In this document: piece after piece, positions 21,740 through 33,203 of the stretch
How positions within the stretch are numbered: the stretch's first letter is position 1
Layout of the letters: each line of letters begins with the position of its first letter
NCBI RefSeq assembly: GCF_001194135.2
Contig: NC_068995.1
Location: forward strand, 34,419,339 to 34,452,541
Length of the DNA stretch: 33,203 nt
Source of the DNA: Octopus bimaculoides
Taxonomy: Eukaryota
Direction of reading: 5' to 3'
Notes under the pieces: model-generated
Database searches by the model: none
What the model was told of the DNA's origin: nothing
Seen by the model: only the letters and a program-made list of their open reading frames with translations
Translations under genes and position numbers: made by a program

Positions 21740-22120
21740 CACATGTTGAGAGCGAGAAGTATCCCCCACATGTCTGGTAGGACATAATGGGACAAATTTG
21801 TAAAGAAATATGAGAAGTATATAATGAGATGAAAAGAAGAGTGGTGGCATTAAATCCCGTTAAACAGAAAAATTCATAGAAATGAAGTGAAGAATAACTT
21901 TTAGACCATAATATCAGGTACTACCGCCACTGTAGTTCCTACCATCGACGAAATTAGAATCGTAACTAGCTGAAAAGTAGAATATTAACCGAACTAGGTC
22001 ACAACCCTATATAGTGTGGGGTATTGAATGTAACAAACGTGGCCATTTTGTTGTGTGATTGGTCGAACTTTTACGCACCTCCAAAATAAAAAAAAACACA
22101 TAATAGTAGTGGTATAGGAA

Positions 22121-22432
22121 GTGGAGGCTCAATGGCCCAGTGGTCAGGGCAGCTGACTCGCGGTCGGAGGATCACGGTTTCGATTCCCAGACCGAGCGTT
22201 GAGTGCTTATTGAACGAAAACACCTAAAGCTCCACGAGGCTCCGGCAGGGGTTGGTGGCGATCCCTGTTGTACTCTTTCGCCCCAACTTTCTCTCACTCT
22301 TTCTTCGTGTTTCTTGAGTAACGCTGCGATGGACTGGCGTCCCGTCCAGCTGGGGGGGACATATACGCTATAGAAACCGGGAAACCGGGCCCATGAGCCT
22401 GGCTAGGCTTTGAAAGGGTGAAGAGAAGAGAG
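22121..22432 (+). mobile_element. tRNA-derived SINE with a perfect 14-bp target-site duplication
   Basis: A-box TGGCCCAGTGGTC, B-box GGTTTCGATTCC (22176-22187), GATGGACTGGCGTCCCGTCCAG (22328-22349), GAAGA-type tail. TSD AGTGGTATAGGAAG at 22108-22121 and 22433-22446. Confidence 0.85.
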
Positions 22433-23282
22433 AGTGGTATAGGAAGAAGTGAATAGAAAAAATTGGTGGTGGGGGTGGGCGTATAAGAAGAATGATAAGC
22501 ATGTTATTGGGCCGATGGCGGAGAGATATGGATTGGGATTGGGACTGGGTCTTGTGAGCAGGATAACCACATAGTATACAAGATACTGGGGATATTTCTT
22601 TATACAGGAGAAAAAATAGCGAAGGGGTGAAGGAAAACAAAAACTATGCAAGTTTGGCGAAAGTCCTGAAATATTTATGCAGGCACCATACTAGAACATT
22701 TCTTTTGTTAGTGGTATTATCCTTATTGTATAATATCTCGAGTGTTTCGACTGTTCATAGATTGCATTCACCCTTCACCCCATGTATGAGAGTGCAGATT
22801 GCATAAAAGACCAAGAAATCTCATATGGGGCCTTCTTGTGTTTTAAGTTCTACATCCGCTCGACAGCGATGTGGACTTGCGTTTACTGAAGTTCTAATTG
22901 TAATATCTGCGTCTAAATTGTAAAGACGTCGCTCCTATGTAGTGGAAGGTATTATTATAGGTAGTAACAATACTCCTATATACTATGTTCTTCCTAAGAC
23001 ACTGATTGTCCAGAGGCTTTTGGAAGGTGTTTGACTGTTAAAAAGTCGTGTAGGATATTTAATAGGCACGGTTTTATTATATGTCCCCAGTTCTGCCGAG
23101 TTTCTGGGATGGATACCGTGTTCTTCACTACATGCTGCTGATGAGAGTCACTAGTGTGCTGGAGTTAACAAGTTTAACTGAATTATGTGTTGGGTCCGAA
23201 TCTGCCCTAGGGTTCAAGTTTTGTTATTTAGGCAGCTATAATTTGTGCTAAGTTATATCTGTTGAAGATTATATATATATAC

Positions 23283-23444
23283 ACGACGGGCTTCTTTCAG
23301 TTTCCACCTACCAAATATACTGACAAGGCTTAGGTCGGCCCGAGGCTGTAGTAGAAGACACTTATCCAAGGTTCCACACAGTGGGACTGTATCCGGAACC
23401 ATGTGGTTGGGAAGCAAGCTTCTTACCACAAAGCCACTCCTGCG
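23283..23444 (-). mobile_element. SINE family A, 5' half
   Basis: Minus strand GCAGGAGTGGCTTTGTGGTAAGAAGCTTGCTTCCCAACCACATGGTTCCGG...CTTGGATAAGTGTCTTCTACTACAGCCTCGGG; matches 26968-27130 and 31249-31352. Confidence 0.8.
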
Positions 23445-23507
23445 ACTGTATACGTATATATATATATATATNNNNNNNNNNNNNNNNNNNNNNNNNNNNT
23501 ATATATA

Positions 23508-24665
23508 CGTGACAGAAATAAATAGAAACCCCATAAAACATTGTTTTATTTTTTTTGTAACTTGTAAAGGCGTATACTTTTTATTAGTTGACATTTTTAT
23601 GTTTCAGATTCTATATGTGACTATTTAATCATGTCATGTACAAAAGAAACCTTACAAACTGTCTGAATTTCAAAGAGACAGTATTATCGGTCATTCTGAA
23701 GGTGGGTATTGTCAGCATAAAATCGCAGAAATCTTGGGATCACGCTTTCTACAGTTCATAGAGTGGTTGTGAAATTTACCAGAGAGAGGAAGGAGTCCAC
23801 ATCACCTCGCCCAGATCAACCAGGGCTCTCTCACAATACCCTTCTTTTTGTTAAGAGAAATATGGAGGACAATCCTTATTGACATAGCGGAACAAGTTGA
23901 CGTCAGTTTCAGAACAGCTGTGAGGTATCTCCACAAGCTTGGTTACTTTGGCAGAGCAGTAAGAAGAAAGCTACTTCTTCGACCAACCAACATCAAGCAT
24001 AGAAAAGATTGGGCCAGTGAGATGGTGGAAAGGCTTTTAACATTTTTGGACACTATCATATTCTCTGATGAGACCAGATATGTTGCATTTCCTGCAGTTA
24101 ACAATAAAACACGGCAACTATTCGGTGAGGGTCGGGAGATCAGAGCTGGTGGAGTGTGAGGGAAACATAAACTCAGATAAATATGTGTCCATGTTGCAAA
24201 ACGGACTCTTTCCAATCTTCTCCAGTGGTGAAATGATGAAAGAAAACTCTTCATTTATGGAAGATGGGGCTCCTTCTCACACGGCTAAAATGACCGAAGG
24301 TTTGTTGGATAAGAATGGCATTAAAAAGCTTACATAGCCAAGCCAATCACCAGATATGAACCCTATTGAACATATCTGGGACATAATGGACAGGAGACGT
24401 CATTAAAAGAACAGGAAAGCATCTTCAAAGCCAGATCTTTTGAGATTACTGCATGAAACTTGGCAAGAAATTCCACAAGAGAATATTCGCCAAATGATCA
24501 GTAACATACCCAATAGGGTCCTTGCATTGAAAAATGCAAAGGGCATGTCTACTAAATATCAAATATTCACATTATAACAATTAATAAACAATTTGAATGT
24601 ATAATTTCAGATTTAAATAAATTTTAATGATTATAAGTTTGTCTATTTACTTTGTCATGTCTGTG
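23508..24665 (+). mobile_element. decayed Tc1-family DNA transposon (DD34E)
   Basis: Broken ORF about 23631-24562 with IIFSDE, MEDGAPSH and *PSQSPDMNPIEHIW; 34 residues between the second D and the E. TIR remnants CGTGACAGAAATAAATAGA (23508-23526) and TCTATTTACTTTGTCATGTCTGTG (24642-24665), then TA. Internal deletions and stops. Confidence 0.9.
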
Positions 24666-24666
24666 T

Positions 24667-24982
24667 ATATACATATATAAATAGGTAGATACCTAGATGT
24701 GTACATACGTATTTATCTATGTGTACATATGTCTGAGTGTACTTGTGGTTGTACAAGTTTTGGATAATATTTACAGGTACACTGTATTTCTATCNNNNNN
24801 NNNNTATATATATATATATATATATATTATATATGAGTGTGTGCATATATATAGATATACATATATAAATAGGTAGATACCTAGATGTGTACATACGTAT
24901 TTATCTATGTGTACATATGTCTGAGTGTACTTGTGGTTGTACAAGTTTTGGATAATATTTACAGGTACACTGTATTTCTATC
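24667..24982. other. 128-bp exact duplicate across a 10-N gap (24667-24794 = 24855-24982); likely assembly overlap
   Basis: Identical copies flanking N run 24795-24804 and a (TA)n run. Confidence 0.8.
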
Positions 24983-25029
24983 GGATTGATTAACATTCTT
25001 GAATGTTTTATTCTTGCATGTGAACATAG

Positions 25030-26340
25030 TACCGGACTTGTTTCCGGCAAATCTCTAAAGTTTGATTAAATATTCACGTCTTTATGATATTATCAGCTAT
25101 TGAATCGTTGTCGAGGTGTTTAGTCTCTTTATTTGAGTTAATGTTCGCTTATATTAATCGCATTGTCTGAATTTCCTTAATACTCTTACTGTTAGGATTT
25201 TTCTTTCATAGGATTGGTTTGGATAACTTCGGTTTGTCTAAGATCGGTGATGTTGATGTGGTTCACGTTCCTCTTGAATAGTTGTACGACGACGGCTGCT
25301 GGAAAAACAAGCTCAGTGAAGAAGGCTCCCAGCCCATTGACATTCTTGTGAGGAAGAATTATGCGTCGTTCATAATATTGGGCGTGGTACTGGTGAAAAT
25401 GACACAGTATGGAGTCAAGAAGAGGACTGATTAGGGAGTGCCTGAGAAGAGATAACATGAAATCACCAGTTCCCCGTCGACAAGCCCATTGTAAAAGAGA
25501 CAGAAAAATGAAGGCATGTGTATAGGCCAGAGTCTGGAATTCTTGAGGAGTCACGTCATGTCGACCAGTGCAGTGGTATTTCTTTGATAGCATTGGAGGA
25601 TGTCTCTGAATGTGTGTAGTGATAACTCCGTTCAGATTATGGAAAAGTAATCCGCTGGTTGCTAGTCTTCACTGAACTTTGTAAGTTAGTAGTTGTTGGG
25701 CTTCATATACAAAATACTTTCTGAAGATGAGTGTTGATCTTTGTGATGCAGTTTGAATCCACAGTGAATTTGTAGAAGCTGTGGGGATGGTAGATGCTTG
25801 CTGTTTATATTTATCCCTTAATTATTAGTAGGTGTGGGGTGCGATCATGTTTTCTTGATACTTGCAATTCTAGTATTTCTTATAGGAATATGTGCCTTCC
25901 GTGCAAGGATAATTATGTTTGAAGATGTGTTGATGGCTGAAGTAATTCAGAGAACATGATACGATGCAGGTATATTTGGAAGAGTGAAGGAGACTTAGAA
26001 CCAGAATAACTTTTACTAATATCAAGGTGTGGTGAGTGAGTTCTGCTGAGAGTAGAATCTAGATATGCAGACATCACAGTCCATAGTAAATTTAGTAGAC
26101 CGTAGCCTGAACTGATTGTGATGAGAGATTTGTATCTCAGAGAGAAATAAGGTATGCAGTTTGTGAGTTATTAAGTGATAATAAGTCAAGGTTGGAGCTA
26201 ATTTCAATGAGCTGAGGGAAGAGGTTAGGGATTTGCGCAGCAGATGTTGGTTCAGATTATTTTTCAAAGCAGGTTTAATTCTGAACTCTTCGGGAATTCA
26301 TTTGAAACGTTTTGCAAGCTAGGAATAATCCGGCGAAAAT
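25030..26340 (-). mobile_element. possible decayed Penelope-like element (endonuclease region and 3' end)
   Basis: The minus strand has residual GTYSYKKY*NCKY, KYFVYEAQQLL (compare KQYVGET) and KYHCTGRH (compare HF...GH), then CTGATAA...GAAACAAGTC at 25096-25035. Confidence 0.4.
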
Positions 26341-26892
26341 CTTGTATTTGAACCCGTACATCAATGAATTTTGTACGTTAGACTTCAAACAATGCTATTT
26401 CATTTACAGTCTGCTGATGAATTGAAGTGACTAGTTAATTAGCAGAGAGAATTTTTTTCACAACCAGAAAATGAATTCCAAATATCTGCTTACTAAAACA
26501 AAAATAAAATTCGTTTTCTTTTTTTGTGTGTAATTATATTATTAGCACTTTCATGCCAATTTGTATTTAGTTTTTCCATATAACGTTCTTTTTAAAATTC
26601 ATCCTAGGCTTTTCTCCAGCTGCAATTAGGTTTCGTACTAAAAGAGCTTTTTTTGCAAAGTATTTAGAAGTTAGGAATAAAGAGATTCGATCACCTAAAT
26701 TAATTACCTCAATTGGTTAAGTTATGCTTAAGTGAAGAAAATATATTTGTTTTAGGGTCTAACTCAATTCTAATGATTCATAATACCCATTTTGTTTTTG
26801 AAAAACATCTCTAGAAATATATAGGAATATATTTAGATATATACTCCTATTTATGTAATATTTTATACGTCATAAAATGTTTAAAAGAATGC

Positions 26893-27130
26893 CTTTTACT
26901 TGCTTCAGTAATCTGACTGCGACCATGCTCGGGCACACACGCACGCACACACACACACACATATATACGACGGGTTTCTGTCAGTTTCCGTCTACCAAAA
27001 CCATTCACAAAGCTTTGGACGACCCAAGGCTTTAGTTGAAGACACTTACCCAAGGTGCTACGCAGACGGACTGAACCCGGAACTATGTGGTTGGGAAGCA
27101 AGCTTCTTACCACTCAGCTACACCTGCGCC
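26893..27130 (-). mobile_element. SINE family A with an internal deletion
   Basis: Intact 5' half (GGCGCAGGTG at 27130) and microsatellite joined directly to the last about 45 nt of the 3' end. Confidence 0.8.
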
Positions 27131-27689
27131 TATATCACTTTTGAAATAATTTATTTTTAGCTTCTCTTATCTATCTGCTTTGGCTTGTAAATGAAGAGCA
27201 TGCTTTCAGCAGTATCTAAATTTAGTAATAATTAGTAAAATAGTTCAGTAAAATATCAATTTTGTTATTTGGTATATGCTGCTGAAAATGCTTAGTTAAC
27301 AATTTCAGCAATGTACTTAGCAGCATATCATACTCTACTCACATTGCAGTATTAACGGTTTATTAATCATGTTATCTGGCTGAACGGTAATTCTGAGTCC
27401 TCTGAATCCCATGGGTGGTTTGGTAAGACTATTTACCCTTTTTGTTGCTTTGGACTATCATTTCAGAAGAATTAGCTACACAGTTCATAAAGTTTTATGA
27501 TTATTAATCAAAGAGTGATGGTTTGAATGGATTTTGGTGTTTCATTGGCAGCAGAACATTAGATAACTCGTATATTGATTCTAATTCGCTGATGTTTTGT
27601 AACAAAGAGAACACCAAGGAAATAATAGCTACAAAACAATACAAAATAGTTAATTTTCTGAATCTGTTGTTGTGATACCACGAGTATTA

Positions 27690-27966
27690 AGCTGGCACTC
27701 CATCGGTTGTGACGATGAGGGTTCCAGTTGTGGAATTAAACGTGTAAGTGGTTGAATATTCCACAGACATGCGCACTATTTATGCACTTCGCGGGGAAAT
27801 TCAGCGTGACACAGAAAGTGACACAGATGGCCCTTTGAATTACAGGAATAACTCACCTTTTCCAGTTGCATAGACTGAAGCAGCGTGAAATAAAGTGTCT
27901 TGCTAAAGAACACAATGCGCCGCCGGGAATCGAACTCATGAAATTACTTTCGTGAGCCACGCTCCT
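27690..27966 (-). mobile_element. SINE family D copy
   Basis: B-box GAGTTCGATTCCC (27925-27937); body colinear with 8244-8558. Confidence 0.8.
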
Positions 27967-28025
27967 TAATGACTTAAAAACATGCATTCTGTTTTATTTT
28001 TAGATAAAGGGTTAGGGTTACTTTT

Positions 28026-28938
28026 NNNNNNNNNNNNNNNNNNNNNNNNNNNNNNNNNNNNNNNNNNNNNNNNNNNNNNNNNNNNNNNNNNNNNNNNNNN
28101 NNNNNNNNNNNNNNNNNNNNNNNNNNNNNNNNNNNNNNNNNNNNNNNNNNNNNNNNNNNNNNNNNNNNNNNNNNNNNNNNNNNNNNNNNNNNNNNNNNNN
28201 NNNNNNNNNNNNNNNNNNNNNNNNNNNNNNNNNNNNNNNNNNNNNNNNNNNNNNNNNNNNNNNNNNNNNNNNNNNNNNNNNNNNNNNNNNNNNNNNNNNN
28301 NNNNNNNNNNNNNNNNNNNNNNNNNNNNNNNNNNNNNNNNNNNNNNNNNNNNNNNNNNNNNNNNNNNNNNNNNNNNNNNNNNNNNNNNNNNNNNNNNNNN
28401 NNNNNNNNNNNNNNNNNNNNNNNNNNNNNNNNNNNNNNNNNNNNNNNNNNNNNNNNNNNNNNNNNNNNNNNNNNNNNNNNNNNNNNNNNNNNNNNNNNNN
28501 NNNNNNNNNNNNNNNNNNNNNNNNNNNNNNNNNNNNNNNNNNNNNNNNNNNNNNNNNNNNNNNNNNNNNNNNNNNNNNNNNNNNNNNNNNNNNNNNNNNN
28601 NNNNNNNNNNNNNNNNNNNNNNNNNNNNNNNNNNNNNNNNNNNNNNNNNNNNNNNNNNNNNNNNNNNNNNNNNNNNNNNNNNNNNNNNNNNNNNNNNNNN
28701 NNNNNNNNNNNNNNNNNNNNNNNNNNNNNNNNNNNNNNNNNNNNNNNNNNNNNNNNNNNNNNNNNNNNNNNNNNNNNNNNNNNNNNNNNNNNNNNNNNNN
28801 NNNNNNNNNNNNNNNNNNNNNNNNNNNNNNNNNNNNNNNNNNNNNNNNNNNNNNNNNNNNNNNNNNNNNNNNNNNNNNNNNNNNNNNNNNNNNNNNNNNN
28901 NNNNNNNNNNNNNNNNNNNNNNNNNNNNNNNNNNNNNN
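28026..28938. other. assembly gap (N run)
   Basis: 913 N bases. Confidence 1.
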
Positions 28939-29099
28939 CATGTATGCGTACTTCACATTTATGCACATGAGAAATATACACGTGTGTGCATATATGTATA
29001 CATATAAATGTGTGTGTATGTGTGTATGTAAGCATGTGCGTAAGAAATATGTAAGCCCATTTAAATATATATTACTGCTAAATTATTTCTGATATGTAG

Positions 29100-31200
29100 C
29101 TTAATGTGATAATCATTTAAATACCTAACGTTAAGCATATTACGTAGCCCAAACGAGAATAGGCGAGATCATCGCAAAGAAAATCTAAAAAAAATAATAC
29201 ATCATATTAGGAAAATAACTACAATTACTTCAGTCAGTACAAATTAACGCTTTCCAAAGACGAGAATATATAAACGATGTTGAGAAATAATAACCAAGTA
29301 TATCTAGGGAAAGAAATACTTCCAGAAGAAAGAAACCTAAACAAATTTATCAAATAGCTCTGATTGTATCAATGGAAACGGTTCTAACCGAGTAATTTCA
29401 CTTCTTCATCATACTCACCAAATCAAAGTCGTAAGAAAATACGACATTGAGGGAAATTATCTGGCCTTTCTCGATTGAGTAGTAAGGGACGGGAAACTGA
29501 AAACATCGGTAAATTACTTGGAAAATATCAATGAAAATTCATAACAATGTCAAGATGTATGCGCACTGCAGGAAACGCAGTACTCTCAGTCCATCTCTCT
29601 TGATCCTCAGACAAGAAGCCAGCACCACAAACTCATAGAAACTATTGGAATTATATAGTAAACCATTTTGAAGAAGTATAAGTATCAAAACATAGAGAAA
29701 AATACGCAAATAACAAAAAGAAGCTACCAAAAAAAAAGACAAAAAAAACAGAGCACTACTACGCAACATAACAACAATATGCAATGGATGAAATAAGCCA
29801 GACTAAAGAAAATGTAATGAGACTATTGGAGAAAACAAGTAAAAGTGTTAATGTACCAAAGACTCCACAGATTGCACCTACTTCGTAAAAGAAAAACAAA
29901 ATAAATTCTCTAAAACAAAGCCACCAGTGAACAGAAGAGGTGCCGTCCAATAATTTGTCTCTTTTAATCAACAATATGTAAACAAAATATCGAACATCTA
30001 CACTCCTTTATCAGGGTTGTTGTAGATAAGAAAAGTATTGCAAGAGAAGCGCTATGCGTGTTGAAAGAGCTGCATTGATGTAAAGAACAGCTATAGTTCA
30101 ATCGTTAACAACTAGAGACAATCCCTCTCCCCTAAAAAAGAAAAAAATCGAAAGGCTTTCAATGCTATATAATTATATGCATCGAAGTCATCATACGCAA
30201 ACATAACATCCCAATGTTAAAGACTATATAAACTACCATGTCAAATCAACAACAGAATTATCAATAACAGTACAGGATAAAGAAAAAACAAAAAAATAAA
30301 AAATAACTTTATTCGATAGTAAGAATTTTTCAGGAAGATTCCTTCAACTATTTTTCTGCTAGTGAAAGTCTTTGATCAAATCCCAAAAGGTACGTGTGCG
30401 TAGATTTGTGGGTTTCCTTCTGTTAGTGTTAAATGCTACTTTTATAGTGAATGAAATTAAATATGCAAATTTACTCACATTACGTCTTTTTAAAGGAATA
30501 CTAAAATATTTCCTATCACGTGTCTTTGGAAGAAACTTTACAAAGCACAGGCTAAATGACGTGGATTTGCTTGCGCTGATATTGATCTGTAAATAAAGTT
30601 TTACGAAATGAAATAAAAAGACGTAAATTAGCTTTAGTAAATGAAATTTAGCTATAGAACATTTCCTATAGCGTTTCTTAGAGAGTAAATTTAGGAGGTG
30701 CAGTGTAAACGACATGGATTTACTAAGTTTATGCTAATCACTAATATTTTTTTCTTTTTTATACTGAGATAAAAAAAAAAAAAACGTAAATAAGCTTCAC
30801 TATAAGGAGTGAACTACAAACTTAATACCTACAATAAGTCTGTGTCTGTAATAAAAATGACCATATTCCTAATGTGATCCTTAAGTTTAAAAAATAGATA
30901 AAAGACAATAGACACAATTATAACTCGACCTAGACTCTTACTAGACAATGGAAGTACTCTACATAAGTAAGCCTACTATCGGAGATTAAAACGAAACTCT
31001 GAAGAATATAAATCTACGTAAAAGGAAGAATCAATGAGGGACATGAATAAACAATTGCATAAATATCACAATAGCAACAAAACATTTCTATATAAATATA
31101 GACATTCCATTATTAACTGCTCTGTTAGATGTTATTATGGTGTCAACCCAAAGTAGTGTCATTCAATACAATGGCATTAACAACATTAAGACATTATTTA
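29100..31200 (+). mobile_element. possible highly decayed non-LTR retrotransposon (boundaries approximate)
   Basis: A-rich strand; RKAFNAI at 30149-30169 (compare RT motif D.RKAFD) followed by IEVIIRKHNIP; many stops. Confidence 0.3.
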
Positions 31201-31248
31201 AACGCTGCTTAGGAATTATTAGAAATTACAAAAAAACGTAAGCATATA

Positions 31249-31355
31249 GGCGCAAGCATGGCTCAGTGGTAAGAAGCTTACTTTCCACCAAATGGTTCTG
31301 GGTTCTGTCTTATTGCATGACATCTTGAGCAAGCGTCTTCTGCTATAGCCTCGTG

Positions 31356-31443
<88 letters not shown>

Positions 31444-31677
31444 TGTGTGTTTGTGTGTGTGTCTGTGTTTGTCTACCACTACTGCTTGACAACTGGTGTT
31501 GGTGTGTTTACGCCCCAACTAACTTAACGGTTCGGCAAAAGAGAAAAAAGATAAAATACGTACCAGGCTTGATAAGAAATAAGTACTGGGGTCGATTCCT
31601 TCTACTACAAATTATTCTAGGCGGTGTCCTAGCATGGTCGCAGTCTAATGACTGATACAATTAAAACATAAAAGATA
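31249..31677 (+). mobile_element. SINE family A, near full length, with internal (CA)n (31359-31439)
   Basis: Head GGCGCAAGCATGGCTCAGTGGTAAGAAGC; core CATCTTGAGCAAGCGTCTTC; 3' half colinear with 45-252. Confidence 0.8.
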
Positions 31678-32976
31678 CGAGGGGCGTTCATTAAAAATTT
31701 GCTCTGACCCACTTCCGGTTATTGCAGGAAACGAACCTTATACAGGTATAATCATACATGTCTCTACTTGTCACATTGTAAATTGCAGCTTTCTACTAGA
31801 ATTGCTTGGCTTTTACAGCTGCTGGACGGAACTGAACTAAGGTGTTATAATGGAGGCACTTGAATGTAGATCAGTGATTAGGTTCTTTACTTGAAAGGTC
31901 GTACACCAAAAGAAACTTTCGATGAGATGAAAGCAGTTAATGGTGGCGATGCACCATCATACGACGTAATCAAGCACTGGTATCGCCATTCCAAATGTGG
32001 TCGGACATCGGTGAAAACTGCTACTATTCCTGGAAGAGCACATTCCGCCATTGATGATGACAGCATTCATAAAGTGGAAGTCGCCATTTTGGAGGATCGC
32101 CGCATGACTATGTAGCAAGTAGCCCGAGAAGTGAAGATATGAGTAGGATCCGTGGAAAAAAAATCATTCACGCCCATTTATCCATGCGGAAGTTGTCTGC
32201 ACAATGGATTCTCTTGATGCTCACACCTTTTCAGAAGCATGAACGAATTAATTGCTCCCAGGCTCTCTGGCAATGTGCCAAGAAAAACGAAGAGGACTTT
32301 TTCGGCAGACTTATCACACGGGATGAAACATGGGTCTATCACTATAATCCTGAGACTAAAGTCCTTTCGAAGCAATGGAAGCATGATAACTCACTTTCTC
32401 CAAAGAAGGCTCGTGTCCAACACTTAGCAGGTAAGGTGATACTTACAGTCTTTTGGGACCAGCGTGGAGTAGTGATGATGGATTTTCTGGCAAATTGCAC
32501 CTCAATTAACAGGGCATATTATGCTTCTCTGCTGCAGAAATTGCGGGACGCCATCAAAGCAGAGAGGCATGGCATACTGACCAAAGAAATCCGCCTCGTT
32601 CAAGACAATGCCTCGGTTCGCAATGCGCAGGTTGCCCAGATGAAAGCAAACTCCTGCGGCTATGAAATCCTTCCTCATCCCACTTACGCTCCCAACCTCG
32701 GACCATCTGACTTCCATCTCTTTGTAGCCATGAGTCTTTTTTTGAAGAGGAAACTCTTTCCGGATGATGATGAACTTATTTCCGCGGTAAAGTTTTGGCT
32801 CCAGACGCAACCTACCGACTGCTAGAGATGAGATCTTCACTGCTGCATAAAGCAATGAGAGAAGTGTGTCACCATTGATGGCGGTTATGTAGAAAACGAT
32901 TAATAATTATGCCAACTTTTGTTTATCCCAGTTCTTGGAAAGTGGTTCAGGGGAAATCTTTAATGAACACCTCTCG
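31678..32976 (+). mobile_element. full-length (1299 bp) decayed mariner transposon, DD34D, irritans/Himar1-like
   Basis: 37-bp TIRs (31678-31714 and 32940-32976, 31 of 37 matching) flanked by TA at 31676-31677 and 32977-32978. Transposase from ATG 31850 with frameshifts and stops. Motifs TRDETW, GKVILTVFWD, QDNA and YAPNLGPSDFHLF; 34 residues between the last two D. Confidence 0.95.
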
Positions 32977-32992
32977 TATACTNNNNNNNNNN

Positions 32993-33203
32993 ACAGTCTT
33001 TTGGGACCAGCGTGGAGTAGTGATGATGGATTTTCTGGCAAATTGCACCTCAATTAACAGGGCATATTATGCTTCTCTGCTGCAGAAATTGCGGGACGCC
33101 ATCAAAGCAGAGAGGCATGGCATACTGACCAAAGAAATCCGCCTCGTTCAAGACAATGCCTCGGTTCGCAATGCGCAGGTTGCCCAGATGAAAGCAAACT
33201 CCT
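32993..33203 (+). other. exact copy of 32445-32655 after a 10-N gap; likely assembly overlap
   Basis: 211 of 211 identical, including the disabling substitutions of the first copy. Confidence 0.8.

Noticed and set aside
28009-28020. GGGTTAGGGTTA next to the large gap (telomere-like)
   Set aside because: Only two units and they stop before the gap.
32139-32825. 228-aa ORF as an active transposase
   Set aside because: The N-terminus is split off by frameshifts and a stop, the WVPHEL motif is decayed, and the C-terminus is truncated.
1-33203. CRISPR arrays, operons or prokaryotic defence systems
   Set aside because: No regularly spaced repeat-spacer structure or gene-dense coding; the sequence is intron- and TE-rich eukaryotic DNA.

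Overview
AT-rich eukaryotic DNA, dense in repeats and broken by six N gaps (445-898, 10767-10810, 23472-23499, 24795-24804, 28026-28938, 32983-32992). The SINE families and microsatellite style look like Octopus; this is pattern recognition, not a search result. No CRISPR array, rRNA, true tRNA gene or intact transposase was found. Clear elements: a full-length decayed mariner (DD34D, TIRs, TA sites; 31678-32976), a decayed Tc1 (DD34E; 23508-24665), a second mariner N-terminal fragment, an RTE LINE 3' end, several decayed Penelope-like fragments with hammerhead-like remnants, and about 11 tRNA-derived SINE copies. Less obvious, and absent from the ORF track: a chain of canonical minus-strand exons at 13.4-16.1 kb that splices in phase into an unrecognised, probably secreted protein of about 162 aa with one in-frame UAG; further orphan minus-strand exons; a tandem pair of 81-codon frames that diverge mostly at their C-termini (2670-2915 and 3502-3747); and a 104-nt intronic hairpin. 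Most ORF-track entries are gap, microsatellite or off-frame artefacts.
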